The notes beneath the pieces are model-generated. The model saw only the letters and a list, made by a program, of their open reading frames with translations, was not told where the DNA came from and did no database searches. Shown in pieces: positions 36,956 to 47,263 of a stretch of 64,000 nucleotides of DNA. Numbering within the stretch: position 1 is the stretch's first letter; every line of letters begins with the position of its first letter. Origin of the DNA: a virus (Duplodnaviria; Caudoviricetes); IMG/VR virus record IMGVR_UViG_3300012007_000001, positions 55,238-119,237 of that record. The stretch is one strand, 5' to 3'. A program made the position numbers and the translations under genes.

Positions 36956-37341
36956 GACAGATTAAATTCAGAGCGCAAGATATTGCGAGCAACAAGTGGT
37001 TGTATGGTGATTTGAGACACCATAAGGATGACGTTTGCATCTTCGAGCAGGGAAGCACGAAGGGCGAACAAGTGAAACGTGATACCGTCGGTCAGTTCAC
37101 AGGTCTGCTTGATAAGAACGGGAAAGAAATATACGAAAGTGATATTATTTTATTAGGAAAGAATAAAACCTATACTGCACAAATAGTATATCGAAATGAT
37201 TCACTAAGAATTTATAGTGTTGGTGGATATTTTATTGGCGACCTTGATTACATTCGTCAATGCGGAATTGATTACTGCGAGGTCATTGGTAATATTCACG
37301 ATAATCCTGAAATGGTTGATGAAATTAAAGAAAAAGTATGA
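36952..37341 (+). CDS. YopX-family protein
   Basis: RQIKFRA, TVGQFTGLLDKNGKEIYESDI, EVIGNIHDNPE. Confidence 0.92.
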   Translation: MRQIKFRAQDIASNKWLYGDLRHHKDDVCIFEQGSTKGEQVKRDTVGQFTGLLDKNGKEIYESDIILLGKNKTYTAQIVYRNDSLRIYSVGGYFIGDLDYIRQCGIDYCEVIGNIHDNPEMVDEIKEKV

Positions 37342-38003
37342 AAAAGATAAAAGCATTATGTATCAAAGATTTATATGTAGATAGTAAGTGTATCTGCAAG
37401 ATAGGTGACTACATTACAATGGAAGAAAAAGATTGTAGTTGGGAAAGTAAGCCTTTCATACCAAGAGAACCTGATGACTACGATAGTTTCATCTGCCATT
37501 GTAACTATATACATGCAAGGAAATTCAAGATGCAAAATTTATGGCTTGAAATCGAGTTCTTTGACGGAGATAAAGCAGCCAGTCATTACAATGGTATTAA
37601 CTTCAACGAATATTTCACTTTGGCAAACATGGAACTGACAGCAGAAAATGTAGAAAGAATCTACAGCAAATGTGTTGCAAGCAATCCAACAAGTAAGGAT
37701 GTTATTAAGGTCTGCGGTATAAAGAACACTGACATATACAGCAGTAAAGAACTGGAAAAGTACAAAGAGGACATCAAGGCCATGCTTAACCAGTTACCTG
37801 ACAATTTCAAAAAATCAATAGGAGGTGGATGGTCATTCTTGAACATGTGTATGCGCAAAGACGATTACCAATGGACGGGATTACATAGAACAATGGAAAA
37901 ACTCGTTACTATGGCCATTGCAATCAAAGCAGCCGAATTTATTTTACCACAAAAAATGTGGGGGATTCTCCCTGCTGGAATGCCTTATATTGCTATATTC
38001 TAA
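37338..38003 (+). CDS. Two-domain hypothetical protein
   Basis: C-terminal GGGWSFL.MC......QWTG...GMPY domain. Confidence 0.75.
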   Translation: MKKIKALCIKDLYVDSKCICKIGDYITMEEKDCSWESKPFIPREPDDYDSFICHCNYIHARKFKMQNLWLEIEFFDGDKAASHYNGINFNEYFTLANMELTAENVERIYSKCVASNPTSKDVIKVCGIKNTDIYSSKELEKYKEDIKAMLNQLPDNFKKSIGGGWSFLNMCMRKDDYQWTGLHRTMEKLVTMAIAIKAAEFILPQKMWGILPAGMPYIAIF

Positions 38004-38014
38004 AATGGTGGATT

Positions 38015-38662
38015 ATGACTGATAACTTTGACAACTACAGAAAGCTGATTCAGCTGAACGGTGGCCTGCCCGATGACAACGAGCGAGGCACACTGGATAA
38101 ATACTACGTCGTGGAACTGATGCGCCGTGGCAAGGATAATCCCGATATGCCAGCGGCCAACTACCACTTTAAGAATTACTACATCTATTCATGGCGGGAT
38201 TTGGCCAAGTACGAAGAGGAAATCAAGAATATCTGTGAACTGCTTCGCTTGCGGGCGTACTGCTCCGTAAATTACAAGCTGATGTCACAGGTCGCACTCG
38301 ATACGATGGCCGAATCTGCAAGGCGCATTGCAGCCCATGACTTCAAGAAATTCTATGCAATCTTTGAGTCGTGTTCGGGCAAGTTCGTTGACCACAATAA
38401 CGGCATGTGGGTTATTGACGTTGACGGCTGGGTGTCGGAAGATGACCTCTATGACTTGTGCACCTACATCAACCGCATGGATTCGCGCTATGATGAGAAA
38501 GTCGTATTTGTGATGCCGACGCGGAACGGCGTACACCTGATTTGCAGGCCGTTCAATCTCAAGCAATACAAGGATGGATTCAGGGCGTTTTTCGGAAATC
38601 GCTATGATGAAATCCCTGAAATCAAGAAGAATCACTTAACATTGTTATACGAAAACCTGTAG
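38015..38662 (+). CDS. Putative archaeo-eukaryotic primase (AEP)-like protein
   Basis: WVIDVD (DxD) and PTRNGVHLI (sxH-type) motifs. Confidence 0.55.
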   Translation: MTDNFDNYRKLIQLNGGLPDDNERGTLDKYYVVELMRRGKDNPDMPAANYHFKNYYIYSWRDLAKYEEEIKNICELLRLRAYCSVNYKLMSQVALDTMAESARRIAAHDFKKFYAIFESCSGKFVDHNNGMWVIDVDGWVSEDDLYDLCTYINRMDSRYDEKVVFVMPTRNGVHLICRPFNLKQYKDGFRAFFGNRYDEIPEIKKNHLTLLYENL

Positions 38663-38666
38663 GATT

Positions 38667-39086
38667 ATGAAAGCATGTGATTTGATGATTGGGGATTACC
38701 TCAAATGGAACGGCAAACCGTACAGGGTTGCACAGGTAAGTACACCGACTGTAGCAGGTGACTTATATGATGGCTGGATGCTTGAAAACGGCGAGGAAGA
38801 TGCTGGCGATGCAATACCTATTACTGCCACTATCCTGAAAAAGAATGGTTTCAGGGAAAAGCATGTAGCCGACGAAATAGACCGCCAGTTTATCTATGAT
38901 GGTGACAACGAAATCACTATCAAGGTGTATTTCAATTATATGCGTGGTGAAGATGGTGTTAATGATATTGAGCGGCTGGTGCTTATGGAAGGTGCATTGT
39001 TTGAGATGAGCCTTTACATCAACTATGTTCACGAACTCCAACATGCACTTAGGCTTTGCGGAATCAAAAAGACTATTGTACTATGA
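38667..39086 (+). CDS. Hypothetical protein, LMIGD/YVHELQH family copy 1
   Basis: LMIGD, IPIT..ILKKNGF, YVHELQHALRLCGI. Confidence 0.8.
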   Translation: MKACDLMIGDYLKWNGKPYRVAQVSTPTVAGDLYDGWMLENGEEDAGDAIPITATILKKNGFREKHVADEIDRQFIYDGDNEITIKVYFNYMRGEDGVNDIERLVLMEGALFEMSLYINYVHELQHALRLCGIKKTIVL

Positions 39087-39655
39087 ATGATAAAGAAAAA
39101 ATCAGAATCGAAGTCGAAAGACTGAAAGACGAAGCGAAGCAGAATCTTAGGCTTATCCCAAATGAAAATATCGTTTGGGTTCAGCAGATGACGGTGTGCG
39201 ACAAAATCCTGTATTTCATTGATAACTTACCAGTGGAAAGCAAGGTCAACATCAAATGCCCACACTACGATGAAATATATGGCTGCGGAATAAGCCCACA
39301 AAAGAAATGCGAGACATGCCAAAACAAGAATCTTTTGTTAGGCGTAGCCCAAAGCCCAAACTCTATGACAGAAGACATGGCCAACGATTTACTGAAAGCG
39401 ATTGAGGATATGAATGAATCTTCTGCCCAATTCGATGCTGCAATGAAGGAAATGATACCTAAAACCGTAGATAACTTTGCAGCCAACTTGATGCTAAAGC
39501 ATGGTGAACGGTATGCACACTATCTTACAAAATATAGCAACGCATGGCCAATTATACGCTGGTACTGGAAATGGATGATGCAGAAAGCCAAAAAGAAGCT
39601 GGATAATGCACAGGATTTCGCTGGTGAATGGATTGAGTTAAAGAAAAATCTATAA
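39083..39655 (+). CDS. Hypothetical phage protein
   Basis: ORF with ATGA overlap. Confidence 0.7.
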   Translation: MNDKEKIRIEVERLKDEAKQNLRLIPNENIVWVQQMTVCDKILYFIDNLPVESKVNIKCPHYDEIYGCGISPQKKCETCQNKNLLLGVAQSPNSMTEDMANDLLKAIEDMNESSAQFDAAMKEMIPKTVDNFAANLMLKHGERYAHYLTKYSNAWPIIRWYWKWMMQKAKKKLDNAQDFAGEWIELKKNL

Positions 39656-40322
39656 AGATATGGTTTGCTATAAGACAAGCAAGGATTATAAACGCCTGAA
39701 AGCCTTATTGGAAGCAGGTTATGAAGTCGTTTGCTTTACTACCTATGATTGGGGTAGCGGGTATGAGGTTACTGATGTCTGTAGGGCGCGATTCGATGGT
39801 GAAAGATACCAAATATCAGCCCGTGGCATTGAATACTGCTGCTATTGGGCTGGAATGCACCGCTATAAATCCTTTGAGGATGCTTGCGAACAAAGCAAAA
39901 TTGAATTTATTGAACCAACAATAACCAAAGAAGAAAATGAAACTAAAGAAGGGAAATAACTACCAGTGCATCAAGGCTGCGAAGTTCAAGACTAATGAAC
40001 TTAGCAATACATGGGTGGAAGTCGGAACAGTCCTATACTGCGAAGCCGACGGCATTCTCCTGCTGAATGACGGCAGACGAATCGCATGTAGTGGTGATGC
40101 AGGCGATATTTTTGTAAGGTATGAAACTCCTGAAGAAATAAAGCACTGGAAAGAAATTCGTGAGAAAGCGGCCATCGCAGCACTGCCTGCATCTGTTGAA
40201 TGGGTAGGCGGTTTGATGAAAATGAGCGCACAAGCGGAACATGACACGATTCAGGGCGAGATAGCTGGATTTGCTGTCAGGCTGGCAGATGCACTGGTCA
40301 AAGAACTAAAAGAAGAATAGGT

Positions 40323-40805
40323 ATGACAATAGGTGAAAAACTTTTGGAATTACACCCATACAAGCATGATGACGGTGTGTTTGAGTTCAAATACAATGTC
40401 CGAAACGACAATGGAACGATAACGAGAAAGTCATTCAAAGGCAGGCTCGACAATAAGTTTGTGGCAGCGGAAGATGGAAAGAACTGGCAGGACGAGCATT
40501 ATAAACGCAAGCCAGCAAATTCTATGAAGATTGGCATTTGCAGAGAAACCCCATTGTGTGATGTGGTAAATTTCAGTGCCTTGATAGACCTAAGAATGGA
40601 ACATGAGCGTTGGATTTACGAAAGCATATTGACGAAAATTGCCGTAGAAGGTGTTAAAATGATTCGTCCGATAGTCATTCACACAAATAATGTAATGTGG
40701 CCTAATGACCAAGCGCATGGGAAATTACATACATACGGTTATGTTTATGTTCGCCAACAAAATGTTAGAAAAGATATTTTTAATCTGAAATATACAAAGG
40801 AATAG
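40323..40805 (+). CDS. Hypothetical phage protein
   Basis: 160-aa ORF in operon. Confidence 0.7.
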   Translation: MTIGEKLLELHPYKHDDGVFEFKYNVRNDNGTITRKSFKGRLDNKFVAAEDGKNWQDEHYKRKPANSMKIGICRETPLCDVVNFSALIDLRMEHERWIYESILTKIAVEGVKMIRPIVIHTNNVMWPNDQAHGKLHTYGYVYVRQQNVRKDIFNLKYTKE

Positions 40806-40807
40806 TT

Positions 40808-41221
40808 ATGGATGTGAAAGAATTGATGATTGGTGACTACATTCGCCAAAAGCATAGCAACCTTGTATTGAAGGTTTCCGCTATTACGCCTCCCTATGTG
40901 CAATGTGAAGGTGAAAATGGGCAGTTCCATGAAGATACCATAGAACCTATTCTGCTTTCTGTCGAAATATTGGAAAAGAATGAGTTCGCATACTGTATCT
41001 CTAACGGCTGTTGCGGTGGTTATTTTGATGAATCATATTCTAATCAAACAATGGAAGTATTAATTTTCAACGTGAAAAGCGAATATAGAAACAATCAACT
41101 GCATATTTGCGATGCGAACAATGACAATAAAGTTATGTTGCACTTGATGGCGTGTAATTTTGTTCATGAGTTACAGCATGTATTTAGAACTTGCGGAATA
41201 AATAAGGAGATAAAGCTATGA
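40808..41221 (+). CDS. Hypothetical protein, LMIGD/VHELQH family copy 2
   Basis: ELMIGD, IEPILLS.EILEKNEF, FVHELQHVFRTCGI. Confidence 0.8.
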   Translation: MDVKELMIGDYIRQKHSNLVLKVSAITPPYVQCEGENGQFHEDTIEPILLSVEILEKNEFAYCISNGCCGGYFDESYSNQTMEVLIFNVKSEYRNNQLHICDANNDNKVMLHLMACNFVHELQHVFRTCGINKEIKL

Positions 41222-41751
41222 TAGAAAGGATTGAACAACATTTGCCGATTAGCTATGACACCATCAGAAAGCGTTATGGCAGGGCTTATCTTGTTGCTTG
41301 CGTCAGAATCCTGTTGAAGATGAACGCCAGCACAAGAATGTGGTACAACTGCGGCCAAAAACTGTTTGGCGGCAAATATGACCGTTTCTGTCTTTCATAT
41401 ACTGGAGGCAGGACATCCAACCAGTACACCGTCAATGTCGATGGAACTTGGTACTGCATCAGATTAGGCCAGTTTTTCGGTAATGAAGTAACCACCCTGC
41501 ATGTCGGTGCTGTTGAATCGTTGTCTAAGTTCTATAATTTTCTGTTAAAGCATAAGAATGAAAATCTATGGATTCCGAGATTAGGCGAAAAATTCTTTGT
41601 ACCATACGAAAGCAAAGTTAGGTTTGATATTTGGCATCACACAGGCAAACAAAATCAATTACAGGCTAAAGGATTGTGCTTTAAGACAGAAAAAGAAGCT
41701 GAAAATTATAGACAAAGATATTTAGTAAAAAACAAAACTATTATAAAATGA
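41218..41751 (+). CDS. Hypothetical phage protein
   Basis: 177-aa ORF. Confidence 0.7.
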   Translation: MIERIEQHLPISYDTIRKRYGRAYLVACVRILLKMNASTRMWYNCGQKLFGGKYDRFCLSYTGGRTSNQYTVNVDGTWYCIRLGQFFGNEVTTLHVGAVESLSKFYNFLLKHKNENLWIPRLGEKFFVPYESKVRFDIWHHTGKQNQLQAKGLCFKTEKEAENYRQRYLVKNKTIIK

Positions 41752-41975
41752 TTTGATATGGAACAGAACGGATGCTATACGAATCTGCCTGTCAATGAGC
41801 GGATAAACGCTAAAAGCTGGGTGAACGGCCTTACCAATGGCCAAATACACAGCGCCTTGGGTTTCTGTCTTGGATGGAAGAAACTGCCGCCAAAACTGGC
41901 TGAAAACATCGACGAGCCTTATACCAAAGAGGCTTTATTAAAGAAAAAGAACTGGATGCTTTACAAATTGTAATT

Positions 41976-42479
41976 ATGGAACAGGAAAATGAACTTTGTA
42001 CTACACAAAAACAGGGAGAAAGGTTTATGAAGCTGGGGTTAGACCCGCATACTGCTGATATGCACTGGCATCATAAAGATACACGGATTAAGTCGCTTGA
42101 GTGGGAACTACGGCCATACAAGCCGCTGTTTTTTGAAGGTGATGGCATTAAGATGATGGAAAAGTTTGCAACTGCAACCAACACCTTCAATGAAAAAATG
42201 AACTTCAAAAAAAGTCCAAAAGAAACTGCGAAATCATATTATGACCGTACACATGGGAAGGATATACCTGCGTGGTCTCTGAATGCCTTGCTGAAAATTA
42301 TACCGAAACACATTCAAGATGTCGGTGACTTAGAAATTGGTGTCAACGGCGACGAATGGAAAGTTTCATATATAATGGGCTTTTGTGGCAGAAAAAATGT
42401 TGGAGGCAAGTCTTTATTCAATGCCATTATAGAATTGGTTGAGTGGTTGCTGGAAAACGGACATTTAAGTAATAGATAA
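41976..42479 (+). CDS. Hypothetical phage protein
   Basis: CTT..Q.....KLGLD..TADM.W, IPAWSL.ALL. Confidence 0.75.
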   Translation: MEQENELCTTQKQGERFMKLGLDPHTADMHWHHKDTRIKSLEWELRPYKPLFFEGDGIKMMEKFATATNTFNEKMNFKKSPKETAKSYYDRTHGKDIPAWSLNALLKIIPKHIQDVGDLEIGVNGDEWKVSYIMGFCGRKNVGGKSLFNAIIELVEWLLENGHLSNR

Positions 42480-42733
42480 CTATATTTGGTAACGGTATGA
42501 CAAAGAAAGAGATTGAATTTCACGGCAACGGCGATGCCACTGCTGGGATTGAAAGGGCTGTCGAAAGACTGCTTGAAGATGTGAACGAGATGGGTAAGTG
42601 TGACCGCTCACACTGGAACTTGAGTATCGGTGCTGGCAGTTTACTGATTTCAGAGGGCGAACAGATTGTTAATGACGCAAAAAGCCTGCTATCACTGATT
42701 AAAGGGTATGTCGGAAACAGAAAATAGACGGTT

Positions 42734-43135
42734 ATGGCAGACTACAGGCAGATTATCAAAACAGAGGTTATACGGCTCTGTGATGAATACTATAATAGTG
42801 AAACGCTTGGATGTGCCGTCAGTTCACTGAAAAACGACATTATCAGCTTCATCGACTCTTTGCCCGATGCAGACAGCGGCATAGTCATTCGTGGAAAGAC
42901 TTACAGCGGGATTGAACACTGGCTCTACAACATCCACGCACGGCTATTGAATAAATGGTATAACGAAGCGATGAAGCATGAAGATGGCACGAAGCTGAAA
43001 GACATTCCCGAACTTGAACCGCTGGCTCAGGATGTCGAGGATTTCAGAGCCATGTGTAAGCGATTCCTTGGCTATGAATACAAAGGCACTTTAGGATTTG
43101 AGGATTTTGTAGAAACAGATAATAATGCTTTTTAG
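42734..43135 (+). CDS. Hypothetical phage protein
   Basis: 133-aa ORF. Confidence 0.7.
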   Translation: MADYRQIIKTEVIRLCDEYYNSETLGCAVSSLKNDIISFIDSLPDADSGIVIRGKTYSGIEHWLYNIHARLLNKWYNEAMKHEDGTKLKDIPELEPLAQDVEDFRAMCKRFLGYEYKGTLGFEDFVETDNNAF

Positions 43136-43415
43136 TATGACTAACGAAGAATGGAACGAACTAACAGAAGAAGAGAAAATGCTTCAACTTGACACCTTGA
43201 AAGTCAGGGAAAAGATGATGGCAGAACCATTTTATATTAAAAAAGTTGACTATGAAGATTAATTTTTATTCGTACCACAAATGGAATGATTTTGGATTCA
43301 ATTTTATCCCGTGTCTCTATTTCTTTCGTGAAGAGAATTATCCGAAGCCTAACCGTCTGTTTGGTATTGGCTGGCTATGCTGGAGTGTTGAATTGGAATG
43401 GTAAAACGGATGACT

Positions 43416-43814
43416 ATGAAGATAAATGATATTTGTGTCGGAGATAAGGTGAAAATCACTGGCCGACGGAGAATCTATACCGTAGTGGAAATCCTGAAAG
43501 ACGGCGAGGTTGCACTGGAGGCAAACTGCGGTACATTGGATGTTAAGATAGACAAGATAAGACCTATCAAGCTGACACCGTACATCCTTGAAGAAAACGG
43601 ATTTGAGTCATGGCCATGCGGAGACCTGACTACATGCTGGAAAGCAGTAGGGAAAAACGGTGACGATGATTTGGAGGTCGATTTTGAGAAAGGCCGTGAC
43701 ATCATGGTAAAGTTTGATATTGTCGGCATGTATATCTGTACGCAGAATATTCAGTATGTTCACCAGCTGCAACACCTGATGCGCCTGTGCGGACTGCCTG
43801 AATTGGAAATTTAA
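43416..43814 (+). CDS. Hypothetical protein, VGD/YVHQLQH family copy 3
   Basis: ICVGD, IRPIKLTPYILEENGF, YVHQLQHLMRLCGL. Confidence 0.8.
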   Translation: MKINDICVGDKVKITGRRRIYTVVEILKDGEVALEANCGTLDVKIDKIRPIKLTPYILEENGFESWPCGDLTTCWKAVGKNGDDDLEVDFEKGRDIMVKFDIVGMYICTQNIQYVHQLQHLMRLCGLPELEI

Positions 43815-43913
43815 GGAAATCATGGGGGAATTTCCCCTAATAGAAATGCCCCTTGCGACCCTCACGGGCGGCTTGGGGCTGAATTACATAAACATGAAAG
43901 TAGTATGAAATAT

Positions 43914-44405
43914 CTAAATGAAAGGTATCTTCTTCCTGAATTTCCTGAATAGCCACACCAGCAGCCCGATGATGGCCGCAACGGATATTCCGATTGCGAT
44001 GCCACCGACATCCATTTTGAACGACTGCCATTTGTTCAGCGGCTTATCCCTGTACTGTATATCGTGAATGGTTACGGTATCTTTCTGTTCCGACATCCTA
44101 ACAAGCGAATCGCACAGGTTCTTATAGTAGGCCGTAGAATCCTTGACCTCCTTGTATTTCTCCTTGTAGTGCCATTCGCTGCGCCCTATCTCGTTTCCTT
44201 GGGAATCCACACGGATAACGACGCTATCTCGCACGTTCACGCTGTCCTTTATCTGCGTCTTTGTTTCCCACCGCACACTGTCAACGATATGTATCTCCAC
44301 CGAATCCTTCTTTTCAGTCGAAGTCTCGATTGTCTCGTATGTTTTATGACTGCATCCAGTCAGCATGACGGCAAAGGCCATCAGCAAAAACAAAATCTTC
44401 TTCAT
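43914..44405 (-). CDS. Lipoprotein with C-terminal TM helix; unimolecular spanin candidate
   Basis: Lipobox LTGC, C-terminal TM followed by KFRKK, directly after the endolysin. Confidence 0.7.
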   Translation of the reverse strand: MKKILFLLMAFAVMLTGCSHKTYETIETSTEKKDSVEIHIVDSVRWETKTQIKDSVNVRDSVVIRVDSQGNEIGRSEWHYKEKYKEVKDSTAYYKNLCDSLVRMSEQKDTVTIHDIQYRDKPLNKWQSFKMDVGGIAIGISVAAIIGLLVWLFRKFRKKIPFI

Positions 44406-44464
44406 ATTCCGTTTGAGTTAAGTTACAACTAAACCAAGGGTGTGCGGCTACCCTCGGTGAAAAG

Positions 44465-45169
44465 TCACAGCATGTACTTTTGGATATAGTTCAATATACC
44501 ATCAACATGCAGGCGGGCAATGGCATGACGGCCTTCATTGGAAAGCAGGAATGCCACGTCGCGCTTGTTGTCCTGAAACAGATTCTCTGTCAGAACAGCA
44601 GGGCAGGCGGTTTTTCTGATGACGTAGAGGTCTGCCTCCAAGTCACGGTCGCCGTCCGTCTTATCCATCCTGAACGGTGTCTGCTTCTCCGTGTAGTCGC
44701 CGCGCCGCTTGCCATCATCCACAATCTTGACGTATTCCTTCAAGTTGGAAAAGGCAGCGTCATACATGCACTCTGCCAAGCTGTCAGCCATCGTGCGGCC
44801 TCTTGACGTATAGCAGCACCAGCCTCCAGCACCATGCCACTTTCCATCAGAGCCAGCGGCATTGACATGGATGCTTACATACAGACACTTATCCTTTCCA
44901 TACTTTGCGCACAGGCTGTTTACAACCCTTACGCGGTATTCAAGTTCGCGGCTTTGCAGTGTTCCGCTGCCAGTCATCTTGTCTGACTTGTTAAGCGGCT
45001 CATAGTCAACGAATACCTTATACCCGTAAGACTCCAGCTTTGCCTTAACGTCAGCGACGATTTCACGGCTATAGACACACTCGCGCAGCGATTTGTCGGG
45101 TGAGCACTTACCCAAAATCTCATCAAGATGGGCAGTGCCAAGCATGACGATAATCTCTTCCTTCCTCAT
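44465..45169 (-). CDS. Endolysin, N-acetylmuramoyl-L-alanine amidase (Amidase_3)
   Basis: AH....GK.SPD..LRE, VSIHVNAA, CPAVLTENLFQDN. Confidence 0.93.
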   Translation of the reverse strand: MRKEEIIVMLGTAHLDEILGKCSPDKSLRECVYSREIVADVKAKLESYGYKVFVDYEPLNKSDKMTGSGTLQSRELEYRVRVVNSLCAKYGKDKCLYVSIHVNAAGSDGKWHGAGGWCCYTSRGRTMADSLAECMYDAAFSNLKEYVKIVDDGKRRGDYTEKQTPFRMDKTDGDRDLEADLYVIRKTACPAVLTENLFQDNKRDVAFLLSNEGRHAIARLHVDGILNYIQKYML

Positions 45170-45642
45170 ACCGTTTCCTTCATTTTGTCACCAAGAACGG
45201 AGCGACGCATTGCCTCCGCAAGAATCTCTACCATCTCCTCCCTGCTTAACACCTGCTTTGCAAGTCTTTCTGCACGGGCGATTTCCGAATGCACCTTCTC
45301 ATCTGCCTTTTCGCGCACTGACAGGAACTCCACGACACACCAAAAGATTGCCACCGCAATGGTAATCAATGGGAGGCCAAAGACAATATCCCATCCGAAC
45401 CACTGATACAGCTTTGAAAAGTGAATCAGAACGTCGATAAGCGTTGCTATCAGCAGACAGCCGTGATATAGCACGAACTTGAATCCTGTACGCTTCAAGT
45501 AGTCCGATTTCCACTTCTCTTTCCTGTACCAAGCCTTATACATGCCTGATGCGAGGTCGATGATAATTGCAAGGAAAACGACGATGATGGAGATAACCGC
45601 AATCAGCATCATGGCTTCCGTTCCTTCTAATAGTTCTTTCAT
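45166..45642 (-). CDS. Holin
   Basis: Three TM segments, DLASG..KA, E.LSVREKA; ATGA overlap with the endolysin. Confidence 0.85.
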   Translation of the reverse strand: MKELLEGTEAMMLIAVISIIVVFLAIIIDLASGMYKAWYRKEKWKSDYLKRTGFKFVLYHGCLLIATLIDVLIHFSKLYQWFGWDIVFGLPLITIAVAIFWCVVEFLSVREKADEKVHSEIARAERLAKQVLSREEMVEILAEAMRRSVLGDKMKETV

Positions 45643-45762
45643 TGTTCAAAACACATTAAGTTGTTACTGAAAAAGTTGACTTGTCGAGTAACTCTTTCCA
45701 CAGGCAGTAAGCCGCCTATCCGCTGTCTTGATAATCCATCATAGGCATTCCGTTTTTAAGGG

Positions 45763-46038
45763 TTAAACATCAGTGACCATATAAACCGAGTAATCGGGGT
45801 TTGCTACCAGCGGCAGAATCTCGCTGTCATCGAGAAACGCCATAGCGTACCTTTGGATGCTTTTCTTTATCTGTTCCAACGTGGGCTTCGCAGGGTACTG
45901 CGACATGCCGAAGGTGACGATTTCCTCGCCAAAGGCATCATACCCGCCTGTCGGCCTTATCGCATACCGCACCACCCATTCGCCGTTTGGCAGCTGTTCT
46001 ATAGGCTTCGCCTTGCTTCTTGGCAGATAGTTTCCCAT
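45763..46038 (-). CDS. Hypothetical protein
   Basis: 91-aa ORF in the late operon. Confidence 0.65.
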   Translation of the reverse strand: MGNYLPRSKAKPIEQLPNGEWVVRYAIRPTGGYDAFGEEIVTFGMSQYPAKPTLEQIKKSIQRYAMAFLDDSEILPLVANPDYSVYMVTDV

Positions 46039-46039
46039 A

Positions 46040-46501
46040 TCAGTAGCAGACTATAAGCACAATAATAAGTTGTGTGAATGCCGTCAGTTCAGCCCAAAAC
46101 GTATAGCATTTCCACCAGTACACAAGCATTGCGGCAAGATACAGCAGCCAGCACAGCAGACACTCCCAGCAGTTAGCGGCCACAATGTACGTTGCGCATA
46201 TACCGCATATCCAGCCGCCGACATAGTGCAGCAGCTTTGCCTCCGTCTTATAGTAGGATGAAGCGGCCACGCAGCACAGGCCGACGATGCAGAGGAAGCC
46301 TATCCACTGCCTGTTTTCGGGCAGGTGCTCCATGATGTCGGGCATCAGCAGAATCCCCATGAGGGCAGTCCACGAAGAGAATGCCCAATGCGGGATGATG
46401 TATGCCATTTCCGATATGGAATCCAGTACGCCGCCTTTCTTGCAGGTGGCATGTCCTACGCCGATAATCGTCAGCGTTATTGCTAACCAAGTCGTAATCA
46501 T
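46040..46501 (-). CDS. Multi-pass membrane protein
   Basis: About five hydrophobic segments; SISE.AY motif. Confidence 0.75.
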   Translation of the reverse strand: MITTWLAITLTIIGVGHATCKKGGVLDSISEMAYIIPHWAFSSWTALMGILLMPDIMEHLPENRQWIGFLCIVGLCCVAASSYYKTEAKLLHYVGGWICGICATYIVAANCWECLLCWLLYLAAMLVYWWKCYTFWAELTAFTQLIIVLIVCY

Positions 46502-47244
46502 AGCGTGTACTCAAGCATTGGGGGATAACCATTCGTGTAGTCGTAAGCCGTCAGTTCCTCTTCGGTCTGCAATGCCCTTGCAGCCATCAGATGCGCCGTA
46601 GTAACGCCCATGCACTGCGTCGCATAGACCTCCAGCTGCGTAATCATGCCGTCAAGCACGTTGCAGGGGAGTTGGGTCTGAATGCTGCCAAGCACAAAGG
46701 GGAAGTTGTCGATACCAGCCTTTTGGAAGCGGTCAAGCGACGTTACCAGCGACTCGCGCATGGGCTTCGTCAGCCAGTATTTATCGCCGTTGATGATGAA
46801 TGCGTTCACGGCATCCGAAATGTCGCGGTTCTCGATTTTCTGCAACACCAATGCACGGGTGTTTTCCAGCGCGTCGAAACCTTCATCGTCACCGAGGCCG
46901 TTATCCATTGCGAAACGAAGGGCTTCACGGGCTATGACCTTTGCAGCACCGCGCCACCGCTGCATCTCCGTAAAGGCATCGGCGGCTTCCATGTCGCTTT
47001 GGTTGGCCATGTAGTTGTTTCTTACTGCATCCATCCTGTCGGCTGGATATTCATTGTTAATCAGCGCACTGACCAAGGCCGAATAGTCATCGACACAGAT
47101 TCTATCTTCCGTCAGCAGCGTTACAGAACTGGCCTCGAACTCTTCTTCAATCTCTTCGATGCCGTAGTTCACGGTGGTATGGAATCCCGCTGGGGTTCTC
47201 GATACCGTTACGAATTGCGGTCTTTCTGAATACCTCATAACCAT
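46498..47244 (-). CDS. DUF4376-like tail-fibre assembly-associated protein
   Basis: SDAVNAF.ING..YWL....R..L, LEVYA..C..VT..H, YDYT.GYP..L. Confidence 0.7.
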   Translation of the reverse strand: MVMRYSERPQFVTVSRTPAGFHTTVNYGIEEIEEEFEASSVTLLTEDRICVDDYSALVSALINNEYPADRMDAVRNNYMANQSDMEAADAFTEMQRWRGAAKVIAREALRFAMDNGLGDDEGFDALENTRALVLQKIENRDISDAVNAFIINGDKYWLTKPMRESLVTSLDRFQKAGIDNFPFVLGSIQTQLPCNVLDGMITQLEVYATQCMGVTTAHLMAARALQTEEELTAYDYTNGYPPMLEYTL

Positions 47245-47263
47245 CTGTTTTATTTGTTGAACA

